Of a stretch of 64,000 nucleotides of DNA, positions 1 through 8,448 are shown in pieces. Source of the DNA: Spirochaetia bacterium (GTDB taxonomy: Bacteria; Spirochaetota; Spirochaetia; DSM-2461). Below the pieces are notes generated by a model. It worked only from the letters and a program-made list of their open reading frames with translations, was not told the origin of the DNA and made no database searches. The stretch covers positions 3,232,001 through 3,296,000 of the forward strand of contig OY764216.1 of assembly GCA_963668315.1 (NCBI GenBank). Direction: 5' to 3'. The position numbers and the translations under genes are program-made. Numbering within the stretch: the first letter of the stretch is position 1; each line of letters starts with the position of its first letter.

Positions 1-563
1 TCATCCCGGGCTTCCTTGCGGTTGATCAGGCCGACGCAATTGTTCCTCAGCGGTTTACCCTTCGTATCGTAGGGAGTGTCCTTGGGCAGATACAGTTCGC
101 CTCTGATCTCGATATCGGCCTGGGTAAAACCGATGGAGGAGGGGATATCCTTCATAAAGGCGGACACATGGCTGATGTCCTGTCCCGTCGTGCCGTCTCC
201 CCGGGTCGCCGTATAGAGGAGCCTGCCGCCCCGGTACCGGCATGTGGCGCCCAGACCGTCAATCTTCGGCTGAAGACAGTACACCGTATCTTCTCCCAGG
301 GCCAGACGGTCCATCCATTTCTGCACTTCCGCCGCCGTTTTGGCTTTTCCCATGGAGAGCATGGGATGGTTATGGACGATCTTGCCGTTACCCGTCTCGC
401 TTTCGGCCGTACCGACCGACTGGAAATAATCATTATCCCCGTCCATGGACCTGAGGAGGTCTTCCAATTCATCAAAGGCGGCGTCGCTCATAAGGGGTGT
501 CCCCTCGTTGTAATAGGCCTGCCGGGCTTCTTCCAGCTGCCGGACTATCTCTTCTGCGGTCAT
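1..563 (-). CDS. ligA: NAD-dependent DNA ligase, N-terminal part (runs off left edge; absent from ORF track)
   Basis: Hand translation from ATG at 563 gives MTAEEIVRQLEEARQAYYNEGTPLMSDAAFDEL...HPMLSM...QPKIDG...ATRGDGTTGQDIS. This contains the domain Ia YY/SD/D residues, the KxDG adenylation motif and TRGDG. Confidence 0.9.
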   Translation of the reverse strand, partial: MTAEEIVRQLEEARQAYYNEGTPLMSDAAFDELEDLLRSMDGDNDYFQSVGTAESETGNGKIVHNHPMLSMGKAKTAAEVQKWMDRLALGEDTVYCLQPKIDGLGATCRYRGGRLLYTATRGDGTTGQDISHVSAFMKDIPSSIGFTQADIEIRGELYLPKDTPYDTKGKPLRNNCVGLINRKEARD

Positions 564-696
564 GGGCCCACTATAGACTATTTCCCCGCCTTCGTCCACG
601 GAACCGCCGTTGAATAAAAGGGCGATTTGGGCTAGTCTATAGCGCTGAAGAATCACCGGTCGACCGAACCGGTACTGCCTGGGAGTTTAACGCGTT

Positions 697-2370
697 TTGA
701 ATCGAATAGTGTACCTGGTTTTTCTCATGATCCCCTGCCTCGTTTACGGACTGCCCCATTTCACCGATGATGAGGATCCGGAGATCCTGGCCCGGGAACT
801 GGTGGAGGCTATGACGGCCGAGGAGAGGCTGGGCCAGACCCTGATGTTCAGCTGGACCGGGGTCAGTCCCAGCAGTGAAATCAGCGACTGGATCAAAGAG
901 AGCAATCTGGGGGGCATCAAAGTTTTCGGCTGGAACGGCTATGACATCGAAACCCTGGCTTCCACTATCGGTGAGTATCAGCGGGATGCGGTGGGGAACC
1001 GGTTCGGGATTCCCCTCCTCGTGGCAACCGACCAGGAAGGCGGCATTGTCAGGCATATTACCGATAAAACATCCCTGACCCCGGGAAACATGTCCATAGG
1101 GGCTTCCGGTCTTCCCCTGGACGCGTACAATTCGGGATACTACATCGGAAAGGAACTGGCCGCCATCGGGGTGAATATGAATTTCGCTCCCGATGTGGAC
1201 CTTTACCTGAAACCCCATACGGCGGTTGTGGGTACCAGGGCCTTTTCCGCCGATCCGGAGGATACGGCTTTCCTCTCGACCGTCTGGTACAGGGGACATG
1301 CCGATGCGGGTATCGTGGCCACGGCGAAGCACTATCCCGGCCACGGCAGGGCCGATAAGGATTCCCACGGGATACTTCCTCTGATAGACGTTTCCCTGGA
1401 GGATCTGAAAAAGGACGATCTTCTTCCCTACAGAATGCTTATGAATGAGGGGATCCCGGCCGTTATGGTGGGCCATCTGGCCTATACTCAGATAACCGGG
1501 GATACGCTTCCCGCATCCCGTTCATCCTTTTTCCTTCAGGATCTGCTCCGCGATGAGATGGGGTTTCAGGGAATGACCATCTCCGATGATATGATCATGA
1601 ACGGCGCCATCATGGGGACCATGTCGGTGGAATACGCCTGCGAAGAGTCCCTCAGGGCCGGAATGGATATGCTTCTCGTATCCCGGGGTCCCGAGACACA
1701 CAGGGCCGTATGGAACCGGCTGAGCTCGCAGATGGCCGAAGACCCCGAGCTGGCCGAAAGGGTAAGTGAGGCGGCTTACCGGGTGGTCAAAACCAAACTT
1801 CTCTGGCTGAAGGGGGATAGGGCCGTTCCCTATTTTCCCGATCCTTCCCGGGTTTACGACCTGGTTCCCGACCCCGAAATGGCCGCTCATACCCTGAATC
1901 TGGCATCCCGCTCCATCACCGTCTTCAAGGACAGGGACAATAAGCTTCCTCTCGATCCGGAGAACCCCGGAAAAGTTCTACTCGTCTCCCAGGACCGTTA
2001 CGTGAAGGAAGCCCTGAGAAAACGAATCCCCGGCGTCCATCTATTTGATATCCCCTCCGATCCGGGCAGCGGGGAGCTTTCTTCCCGGCTGAACAGTCTG
2101 ACCGGTATCATCGACCGGTACGACCGGGTTATCCTGACTTTGAGGAATGGATACGACCAGTACATAGCCGAAGGGCTTGAACGGTGGAACGATAAGCTCA
2201 TCATACTCATAACCAGCAATCCCTCCTATTCCGAAGCCGTGCTCTGGGCCGATACGGTTGTTTTCGCTTACCTCTATAACTGGGACACCACCGATGCGGC
2301 CCTGGGCGTTATCCTGGGGGATTATGAAGCGGTGGGAGAACTGCCCGCCACGCTGAAGGGGCGGGAATGA
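697..2370 (+). CDS. Secreted GH3 beta-N-acetylhexosaminidase (NagZ-like)
   Basis: Signal peptide; DQEGG, KHYPGHG-x4-DSH and ISDD motifs; TTG start. Confidence 0.85.
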   Translation: MNRIVYLVFLMIPCLVYGLPHFTDDEDPEILARELVEAMTAEERLGQTLMFSWTGVSPSSEISDWIKESNLGGIKVFGWNGYDIETLASTIGEYQRDAVGNRFGIPLLVATDQEGGIVRHITDKTSLTPGNMSIGASGLPLDAYNSGYYIGKELAAIGVNMNFAPDVDLYLKPHTAVVGTRAFSADPEDTAFLSTVWYRGHADAGIVATAKHYPGHGRADKDSHGILPLIDVSLEDLKKDDLLPYRMLMNEGIPAVMVGHLAYTQITGDTLPASRSSFFLQDLLRDEMGFQGMTISDDMIMNGAIMGTMSVEYACEESLRAGMDMLLVSRGPETHRAVWNRLSSQMAEDPELAERVSEAAYRVVKTKLLWLKGDRAVPYFPDPSRVYDLVPDPEMAAHTLNLASRSITVFKDRDNKLPLDPENPGKVLLVSQDRYVKEALRKRIPGVHLFDIPSDPGSGELSSRLNSLTGIIDRYDRVILTLRNGYDQYIAEGLERWNDKLIILITSNPSYSEAVLWADTVVFAYLYNWDTTDAALGVILGDYEAVGELPATLKGRE

Positions 2371-3212
2371 CCGGCTGGGAGAAAGCCCTTCCCCTGGACA
2401 GGGAAGCCCTGGTGAGGCTTGTCAGGCGGGAGGAGTGGAATCAGCTTCACTTCTCCTCGGTGCTCAGGGAGAAGAAAGGATTCCGCCTGGTGCACGACGG
2501 CATGGTTTACCTTCTGAGAGACCGAGGGAGGAAGCCCTTGCGGGGAGGGGTCTATATAAGCCGGGGCGGAGCTTTTCACTGCTGTTTTGAGCCGGCCGAT
2601 CTGAGGCAGGAGGACCTGGACAGACTGGAGCGGATCATGACCGAGCGATCCCTTTTTTCCCTTATCGGACGGAAGGACCGGATAGAACTGGCAGAAAAAC
2701 TCTACGGTGCCAGGGAAAGTTATGTGATTGACTACGATATGATGATAAGGGATGAACTATCCGAAAGGGAGCCTCTTCCGACGGGGCTGACTATCAGGCG
2801 GGCGGGACGGGACGATCTGGAAGCCCTTTATCCCTTGGAAGAAGCCTACCAGCTTGAAGAGGTGCTCCGGGACCCGGACAGTCTTAACAGACGCTATCTG
2901 AAAAAAAGATTCCACCGCCAGCTGGGGGAACTCCACATATGGGCCGTATACCGGGGCGACACGCCTATCGCCAAGGGCGGTACCAACGCCGAGGGATTCG
3001 CCTACTGCCAGATCGGCGGTATATATACCATCCCCCGTGAGCGGGGAAAGGGCGTCGGCCGTCATCTGATGAATCATATCGGCAGGGAATTGAAGAAAGA
3101 GAACCGGGGGACATCCCTTTTCGTCAGAAAGGACAACTTTGCCGCCAGGAAGCTCTATGAGAACTGCGGGTATCTGGAAAAAGGGGATTTTAGAATCGTC
3201 TATCCCGATTAG
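2367..3212 (+). CDS. GNAT acetyltransferase (C-terminal FR47-like domain)
   Basis: IGGIYT-x4-RGKGVG and N-x2-A-x2-LY-x3-GY motifs; ATGA overlap with the upstream gene. Confidence 0.8.
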   Translation: MTGWEKALPLDREALVRLVRREEWNQLHFSSVLREKKGFRLVHDGMVYLLRDRGRKPLRGGVYISRGGAFHCCFEPADLRQEDLDRLERIMTERSLFSLIGRKDRIELAEKLYGARESYVIDYDMMIRDELSEREPLPTGLTIRRAGRDDLEALYPLEEAYQLEEVLRDPDSLNRRYLKKRFHRQLGELHIWAVYRGDTPIAKGGTNAEGFAYCQIGGIYTIPRERGKGVGRHLMNHIGRELKKENRGTSLFVRKDNFAARKLYENCGYLEKGDFRIVYPD

Positions 3213-3244
3213 GACTGCGAAAAGGGAACTTAATAATGGGTACT

Positions 3245-4474
3245 TAATGTTCTTATTCTTTGACATCAATTCGTTCCTAGACCGCTTTTTTATTTAAAGG
3301 ATTCAGAAGAGTTCTCTTCCAGTGAGCTTTCTGAAAATCCGTAAGATACTCCATAAAATCCTCTTCTCTTTTTCTACATCCATGGAACACCTCGTTAATT
3401 ATCGCCCTGTTTTTTTCCGGTGTAAAACCGGCAGCATGACTATGTGTAAGGTATTTTCTGTTCCTTTTATTTATTCGAAAAGGTTTAAGGAAATTATGCC
3501 AGAAGCAGTAGCAGGAAAATCTGTCCATACTGTTATTCATATTTCTTCCAAACTGAACCGTCTCCCGTATATATTCGGCTAAATCCTTTCTTATCTGTCT
3601 GTCTATATAGTTGCAGGGGAATAATTTGTTTTGATAATTTCGTTCTATTCGGGAGTTCGTCCTTCTGTGGCGTATTTTGTGTGAAAGAAATTCGTATTGT
3701 TCAAACTGATAACGATAGATAGGATGTTCATCCGTATCAAGAATAACAGAGGGCAAGGAAGATTTTTCTGATTTTTCCGAAAGAAAGCGAAGTATCTCCC
3801 TGAAACTCCGGGAGGCAGCTCCCTTCTCAAACAAGGCTGACTCATAGAGTTCTGATTTCCTTTTTTTCTGTTCTTCTGTGCAGGCTCCCTTACGCTTAAA
3901 GTGGTAGGCATTGAAGGTGTAGATAAATTGGGATCGTTGACCAGCCAGGATATTTACATTGGTCGGGAAATACTGGGAGAGGATGAAATTTTCCAACCCG
4001 TCGGCGGCCACCGATTCACTGAGCTCCAAATCATGGATTTCCTTAGGACATACAGAAATTATTCTTTTCGACAGACGTTGAATGCGGTTCGTGATGATAC
4101 TGGGTGAGGAATGCATGGCCCGTGCCATATCTCTGATGCCTGAACCGCTGACAAGATGGTTCAGAAGGGTGAGGTAAGAAAGCTTCTTGTGAACATAATG
4201 GTCTATTGTGAAATAAGATAGAGAGAATGTGGATAAACAGTCCTTGCATTGATAACGTTGAACCATGCCATCCCTCTTTGTTTTTACAAAGCCCTTCTTC
4301 CGTATCCAGGAATTGCTTTCAGATGTATGAGGATGATTAACGCACTTCGGATTAGGGCAGTATATCTGATTGGACAATGTGAACCTCCTTCTTTCAAGTC
4401 ACTAATAGAAGGGAGGATTTTTTGCGGGGAAAACCCTATCTTTCAGAAAATTATGTCAAATCTTTGTGACATTA
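3245..4474. mobile_element. Putative insertion sequence (IS1-like) with bipartite terminal inverted repeats
   Basis: AT-rich 1.23-kb block between convergent core genes. TAATGT-N8-TTTGACAT at 3245-3266 is mirrored by ATGTCAAA-N8-ACATTA at 4453-4474. It holds one transposase-like ORF. No clear target duplication. Confidence 0.6.
3277..4377 (-). CDS. IS1-like transposase (Zn ribbon + HTH + RNase H-like catalytic domain)
   Basis: CPNPKC...QRYQCKDC InsA-like Zn ribbon; GIRDMAR HTH; acidic motifs ADG, TDEH and NYID; AAGGAGG SD before the TTG start. Confidence 0.7.
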   Translation of the reverse strand: MSNQIYCPNPKCVNHPHTSESNSWIRKKGFVKTKRDGMVQRYQCKDCLSTFSLSYFTIDHYVHKKLSYLTLLNHLVSGSGIRDMARAMHSSPSIITNRIQRLSKRIISVCPKEIHDLELSESVAADGLENFILSQYFPTNVNILAGQRSQFIYTFNAYHFKRKGACTEEQKKRKSELYESALFEKGAASRSFREILRFLSEKSEKSSLPSVILDTDEHPIYRYQFEQYEFLSHKIRHRRTNSRIERNYQNKLFPCNYIDRQIRKDLAEYIRETVQFGRNMNNSMDRFSCYCFWHNFLKPFRINKRNRKYLTHSHAAGFTPEKNRAIINEVFHGCRKREEDFMEYLTDFQKAHWKRTLLNPLNKKAV

Positions 4475-4475
4475 T

Positions 4476-6152
4476 CTAATTATTAAACCTCTTCTCCGCC
4501 AGCACTTTAATCGTCTCAATCTTCCCAGCAATCTTCCCGTATTCATCCGGGTAAGAATCAGCCAGACCTTCGATTTTTTCCAGCCAGTGGTAATAGGCTT
4601 TCCGGTTTTTCTTATGGGCCAGTTTTTTCAGCGTATCCGGCAGGAGCTTGAAGTAGGTGGATTTCTCCCGGGGAAAACGCTCCGCCAGCTGGATAAGCTC
4701 ATCAAGCTCATCCTCCTTCGTATGGCAGAGACAGCGGCTGAGAAGGCTGTGGAGCAGATCGGATTCCTCCATGGTTAATGCGGTCAGATCCGCGGGAGGG
4801 GAAAGGGAGAAGCCGTCCCTGCCGGGAATGAGAACGTCCCTATTCCCCAGGGAAAAGAGGAAATATCCCTCTTCCGGACTCTTTCCATAGGTTATCAGTT
4901 TCCCGTAGGCGAATTTCTGTTTAAAGAGGAGAAGCAGCTTTTTCCTATTGATAAGTTCGTCCACCCCTCGGATAGAACTCTTTCTGATTCTCCTGTCCGT
5001 ATGGACCATCAGGATGAACTCGATATTGCTGATCCGGCGGCTGTTGCTCTGTCGGCCGCCCCGATAGGTGGTGTATTCGTTGGTTACCAGGGAGATGTCT
5101 CCCCGTCTGGCGCAGAGGTCCTTCATGACTTCAAAGGGAATGATCCCGTCGGTGCTGTAACTTATCAAAATATGGCGGGCATCCAGGTTTTCAAGCAGGT
5201 CGCGGAAGGTGGAGACGGCCGGCTCGTGATAACAGTAATCGGAACGGGTCTTAATCCAGTCCTTCCTTATGGCCGCCTTCTCCTTGAGAACCCCCTTGTC
5301 GTTCAGTTCCAGGGGTGCGGGAATTCTGTCCCACAGGGCGATACTGTTGAGCATATGGTAATTGCTTCCGTACTGATGCTGATTGTAGGGCGGATCGAGA
5401 TAGGCCAGATCCATGGGACCCAGTCCGTTCTGTCTGACGAGGCGGTTCGCGTCTTCCTGAAAGATACGGATATCCTTCGGACTGTCTATCAGGGGGGGGG
5501 GGGAAAGGGCTATGGGGGTAAGTATCCTCTTCATGGCGTCCCGTCCGTGGCCGCCGAAACCCTTATGGAATGCCTTGAAAACCCCCGACGTATTGGTATG
5601 GGTCGCCGCTTCGTAGAGAAGTAGGGCCGTCAGGAGGTCCTTCTGCTCCTTCTTTTCGGGAAGGGAAAATTCATCCTCGATAAATTGACGTATCCTGTCT
5701 ATGGCCAGCCCGTTCTCCCGGGTATAGAAAAGCCTCTCCCTGCGGAAATCGGCTTCATTAATATCTCCCTTTCCGGGAGAGTAGTAGCGGGAGATATAGC
5801 GGTATTCCTCGGAAGGCGGGGGAAGAGTGTTTATATGATCAAGCAGGGCCAGAAATTTTTCCCGGCTCCCGAAGAGGCGGGGGATGTCAGAATCGTTCAC
5901 CCCCAGGTAACCGCGGTTGAGGATATAGGAGTAGTACTCCCAGTCGTTGGCGTATACTTCAAATCCCAGGTGCTTGGCTAAACGGGAGACAATGCCGCTT
6001 CCCGAGAAAACGTCAAAGAACCGGATGCCCCTGGCTGGAGGATTTGCCCCTACGCACTGTTCTATACCCCGTGATATGAGATTGAGGAGGCGGCGCTTAT
6101 TGCCGATATAGGCGATAATCTGCTGAGTCAGATAGGGAGTGTTGAGATCCAA
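4476..6152 (-). CDS. Orphan N6-adenine DNA methyltransferase (D12/FokI-like class) with C-terminal extension
   Basis: YIGNKRRL, FDVFSGSGIVS, ANDWE and YLDPPYN motifs; no adjacent endonuclease. Confidence 0.85.
   Translation of the reverse strand: MDLNTPYLTQQIIAYIGNKRRLLNLISRGIEQCVGANPPARGIRFFDVFSGSGIVSRLAKHLGFEVYANDWEYYSYILNRGYLGVNDSDIPRLFGSREKFLALLDHINTLPPPSEEYRYISRYYSPGKGDINEADFRRERLFYTRENGLAIDRIRQFIEDEFSLPEKKEQKDLLTALLLYEAATHTNTSGVFKAFHKGFGGHGRDAMKRILTPIALSPPPLIDSPKDIRIFQEDANRLVRQNGLGPMDLAYLDPPYNQHQYGSNYHMLNSIALWDRIPAPLELNDKGVLKEKAAIRKDWIKTRSDYCYHEPAVSTFRDLLENLDARHILISYSTDGIIPFEVMKDLCARRGDISLVTNEYTTYRGGRQSNSRRISNIEFILMVHTDRRIRKSSIRGVDELINRKKLLLLFKQKFAYGKLITYGKSPEEGYFLFSLGNRDVLIPGRDGFSLSPPADLTALTMEESDLLHSLLSRCLCHTKEDELDELIQLAERFPREKSTYFKLLPDTLKKLAHKKNRKAYYHWLEKIEGLADSYPDEYGKIAGKIETIKVLAEKRFNN
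5492..5503. repeat. G12/C12 homopolymer inside the methyltransferase CDS
   Basis: 12 consecutive G on the + strand; encodes S-P-P-P-L in frame. Confidence 0.9.
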
Positions 6153-6154
6153 TA

Positions 6155-6646
6155 TCAGGCCTTCTGCCCGGAATACTCCAGAACCTCATCAACTTTGTAT
6201 TCAACGGGAATACCCGCCTGGCGGAACATCTCTTCCGATTCGGCCCCCGCATGGTAGCGTCTCTCGCAGACCACCCGGGAAATACCGCAGGAAATGATGA
6301 GCATACAGCAGACACGGCAGGGTGTCATGCGGCAGTAAAGGGTCGCCCCGTCCAGGGATATGCCCCTTTTGGCGGCCTGGCATATGGCATTCTGCTCGGC
6401 ATGAATGGTGCGGACGCAGTGCTGGGTTACCGAGCCGTCCTCGTGTATTGTCTTTTTAAACTGATGGCCCGCTTCGTCGCAGTGGGGCAGCCCCGGGGGA
6501 GATCCTACATAACCGGTAACGAGAAGCTGGTTGTCCCTGGCAATGACACAGCCCGAACGGCCGCGGTCGCATGTGGCCCTTTTGGCAATGGCGTCGCAGA
6601 CTTCCATGAAATAGTCGTCCCAGGTGGGTCTGATATATTCGGACAA
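6155..6646 (-). CDS. dCMP deaminase (ComEB-like)
   Basis: RPTWDDYFM, HAEQNAI and PCxxC Zn motifs. Confidence 0.9.
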   Translation of the reverse strand: MSEYIRPTWDDYFMEVCDAIAKRATCDRGRSGCVIARDNQLLVTGYVGSPPGLPHCDEAGHQFKKTIHEDGSVTQHCVRTIHAEQNAICQAAKRGISLDGATLYCRMTPCRVCCMLIISCGISRVVCERRYHAGAESEEMFRQAGIPVEYKVDEVLEYSGQKA

Positions 6647-6706
6647 AGGGGTTCCTCCGTATTCTCCAAAGGGAGATTTCCTGTTATCATAGCATGGGTG
6701 ACAAAT

Positions 6707-7063
6707 ATGAACAATGAATTCTTAAGACAATACAAAAGAATAGGAAAGGCCTGCGGCTGGGATTTCTCCGGGAAAGAGGGAGAACTGAAGGAAGTGCTGG
6801 TCCATCTGACCGGAAAATTTCCCGAGGATATGTCGTGGGAAATCGCAGAAAATATCCTGGCCGGAGAGAATCTGGAATTGGAAGTCCAGAAGGGCGTTGA
6901 TATTCAGGATCTCCATAACGGGGAACTGAATGAATCGCAGTCCGTTCTGACTGAGAAGGACTGGCAGTTTCTCAAGGAAATCGTCAATGTCTATGCGGCG
7001 GAACTGGATATGGAATGGGTCACATACTTCATGCAGATCCTTCTGGACAGGGAGATCATATAA
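6707..7063 (+). CDS. Hypothetical acidic protein (118 aa)
   Basis: 3' part of ORF 6251..7063 from ATG 6707 (MNNEFL...); the upstream part is antisense to the deaminase. Confidence 0.6.
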   Translation: MNNEFLRQYKRIGKACGWDFSGKEGELKEVLVHLTGKFPEDMSWEIAENILAGENLELEVQKGVDIQDLHNGELNESQSVLTEKDWQFLKEIVNVYAAELDMEWVTYFMQILLDREII

Positions 7064-7085
7064 ATTAAAAAATAACAAAAATACT

Positions 7086-7114
7086 TTGACAATTTTACCA
7101 CGCCCTTCTAAACT
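7086..7114 (+). promoter_or_regulatory. Sigma70-type promoter of the glycogen operon
   Basis: TTGACA-17 nt-TAAACT. Confidence 0.7.
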
Positions 7115-7171
7115 GAAGTATAAGCCCGGGAGGGCGTGAACCATATTTATAATCCCTTCGGGAGGGAATGA

Positions 7172-8437
7172 ATGAACAAAGTGATGACTATTATTCTTGG
7201 TGGCGGAAAAGGGTCCCGTCTATATCCCCTTACTATGGAAAGGGCGAAGCCCGCCGTTCCTTTCGGAGCGAAATTCCGCTTGATCGATGTTCCCATTTCC
7301 AACAGTATCAATTCGGGGATGAATCAGATTTATATTCTGACCCAGTTTGAATCGGCTTCCCTGAATAAACACATCAGCCAGTCCTACCGTTTTGACTCAT
7401 TTTCCGGAGGATTCGTAGAGATCCTGGCTGCCTCCCAGAACTATAATAACAACGGCTGGTACGAGGGAACGGCCGATGCGGTTAGAAAAAACTTCAGCCG
7501 GTTCCATCCCCATAAGCCCGATACCTATCTTATCCTCTCCGGTGATCAGCTTTATAAAATGGATATCGTTGACTTCATGAGAAAGCATTTTGAAAGCGGG
7601 GCGGATATCAGCATCGCCGCGACGCCGGTCACACGGGGCGACGCGGAAGGACTGGGAATCCTGAAAATCGATGATAAGGGAAGAATCACCAATTTCGTGG
7701 AAAAGCCTTCCGCCGATCAGGATATATCCGATCTGCGGGTTCCCGGTAAGAATGAAGATCCCCGCAAGGAGTATCTGGCATCCATGGGTATCTATATCTT
7801 CAATGCCTCGGCGATGGAGAAGTGCCTGAATAACGACTTTACCGATTTCGGGCACCAGGTCATTCCCGAAGCGATCAATACCCACAAGGTTCAGTCCTAT
7901 GTCTACAACGGCTACTGGGAAGATATCGGTACCATACGGAACTTCTACGAAGCCAATCTGAATATGGCGTCCCCTCTGCCCAACTACAACCTGTACGATG
8001 AGGACAACCCCGTATACACCCATATGAGAAATCTCCCTCCCTCCAAAATGCTGGCCTGCAGTTTCAACAACGCCATGGCGGCCGAGGGATCCATTATCAG
8101 CAACTCTTCCATCAGCAACTCCCTCATAGGAATCAGAACCATTATCCGCCAGGGCGCTTCCCTCGACGGCGTCTACATTATGGGAGCCGATCAGTATGAA
8201 ACGGATCAGGACAAGGAAGAGAACAGGGAGAAGGGTATCCCCCATATCGGAATCGGTGCGGGGACGGTCATTAAAGGGGCCATCATAGATAAAAACGCCC
8301 GGATAGGAAGCAATTGCCGGTTGGGAATCGACTCCAACAGGGATAGAACCGATGGTGATTACGGGTACTACCACATAGTGGATAATATCATCATCATTCA
8401 TAAGGACGCGGTTATTCACGACGGCACGGTCATCTAG
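7172..8437 (+). CDS. glgC: Glucose-1-phosphate adenylyltransferase
   Basis: GGGKGSRLYPLT-x2-RAKPAVP, GTADAV, FVEKP and YWEDIGT motifs. Confidence 0.97.
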   Translation: MNKVMTIILGGGKGSRLYPLTMERAKPAVPFGAKFRLIDVPISNSINSGMNQIYILTQFESASLNKHISQSYRFDSFSGGFVEILAASQNYNNNGWYEGTADAVRKNFSRFHPHKPDTYLILSGDQLYKMDIVDFMRKHFESGADISIAATPVTRGDAEGLGILKIDDKGRITNFVEKPSADQDISDLRVPGKNEDPRKEYLASMGIYIFNASAMEKCLNNDFTDFGHQVIPEAINTHKVQSYVYNGYWEDIGTIRNFYEANLNMASPLPNYNLYDEDNPVYTHMRNLPPSKMLACSFNNAMAAEGSIISNSSISNSLIGIRTIIRQGASLDGVYIMGADQYETDQDKEENREKGIPHIGIGAGTVIKGAIIDKNARIGSNCRLGIDSNRDRTDGDYGYYHIVDNIIIIHKDAVIHDGTVI

Positions 8438-8448
8438 GCGGGTGCGGC

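Noticed and set aside
168..617. Plus-strand 149-aa ORF
   Set aside because: Antisense to ligA, which has clear catalytic motifs
4476..6152. Restriction-modification system
   Set aside because: No cognate endonuclease nearby; the gene is coupled to a housekeeping deaminase
6251..6706. N-terminal extension of ORF 6251..7063
   Set aside because: Overlaps the dCMP deaminase antisense; ATG 6707 is the more plausible start
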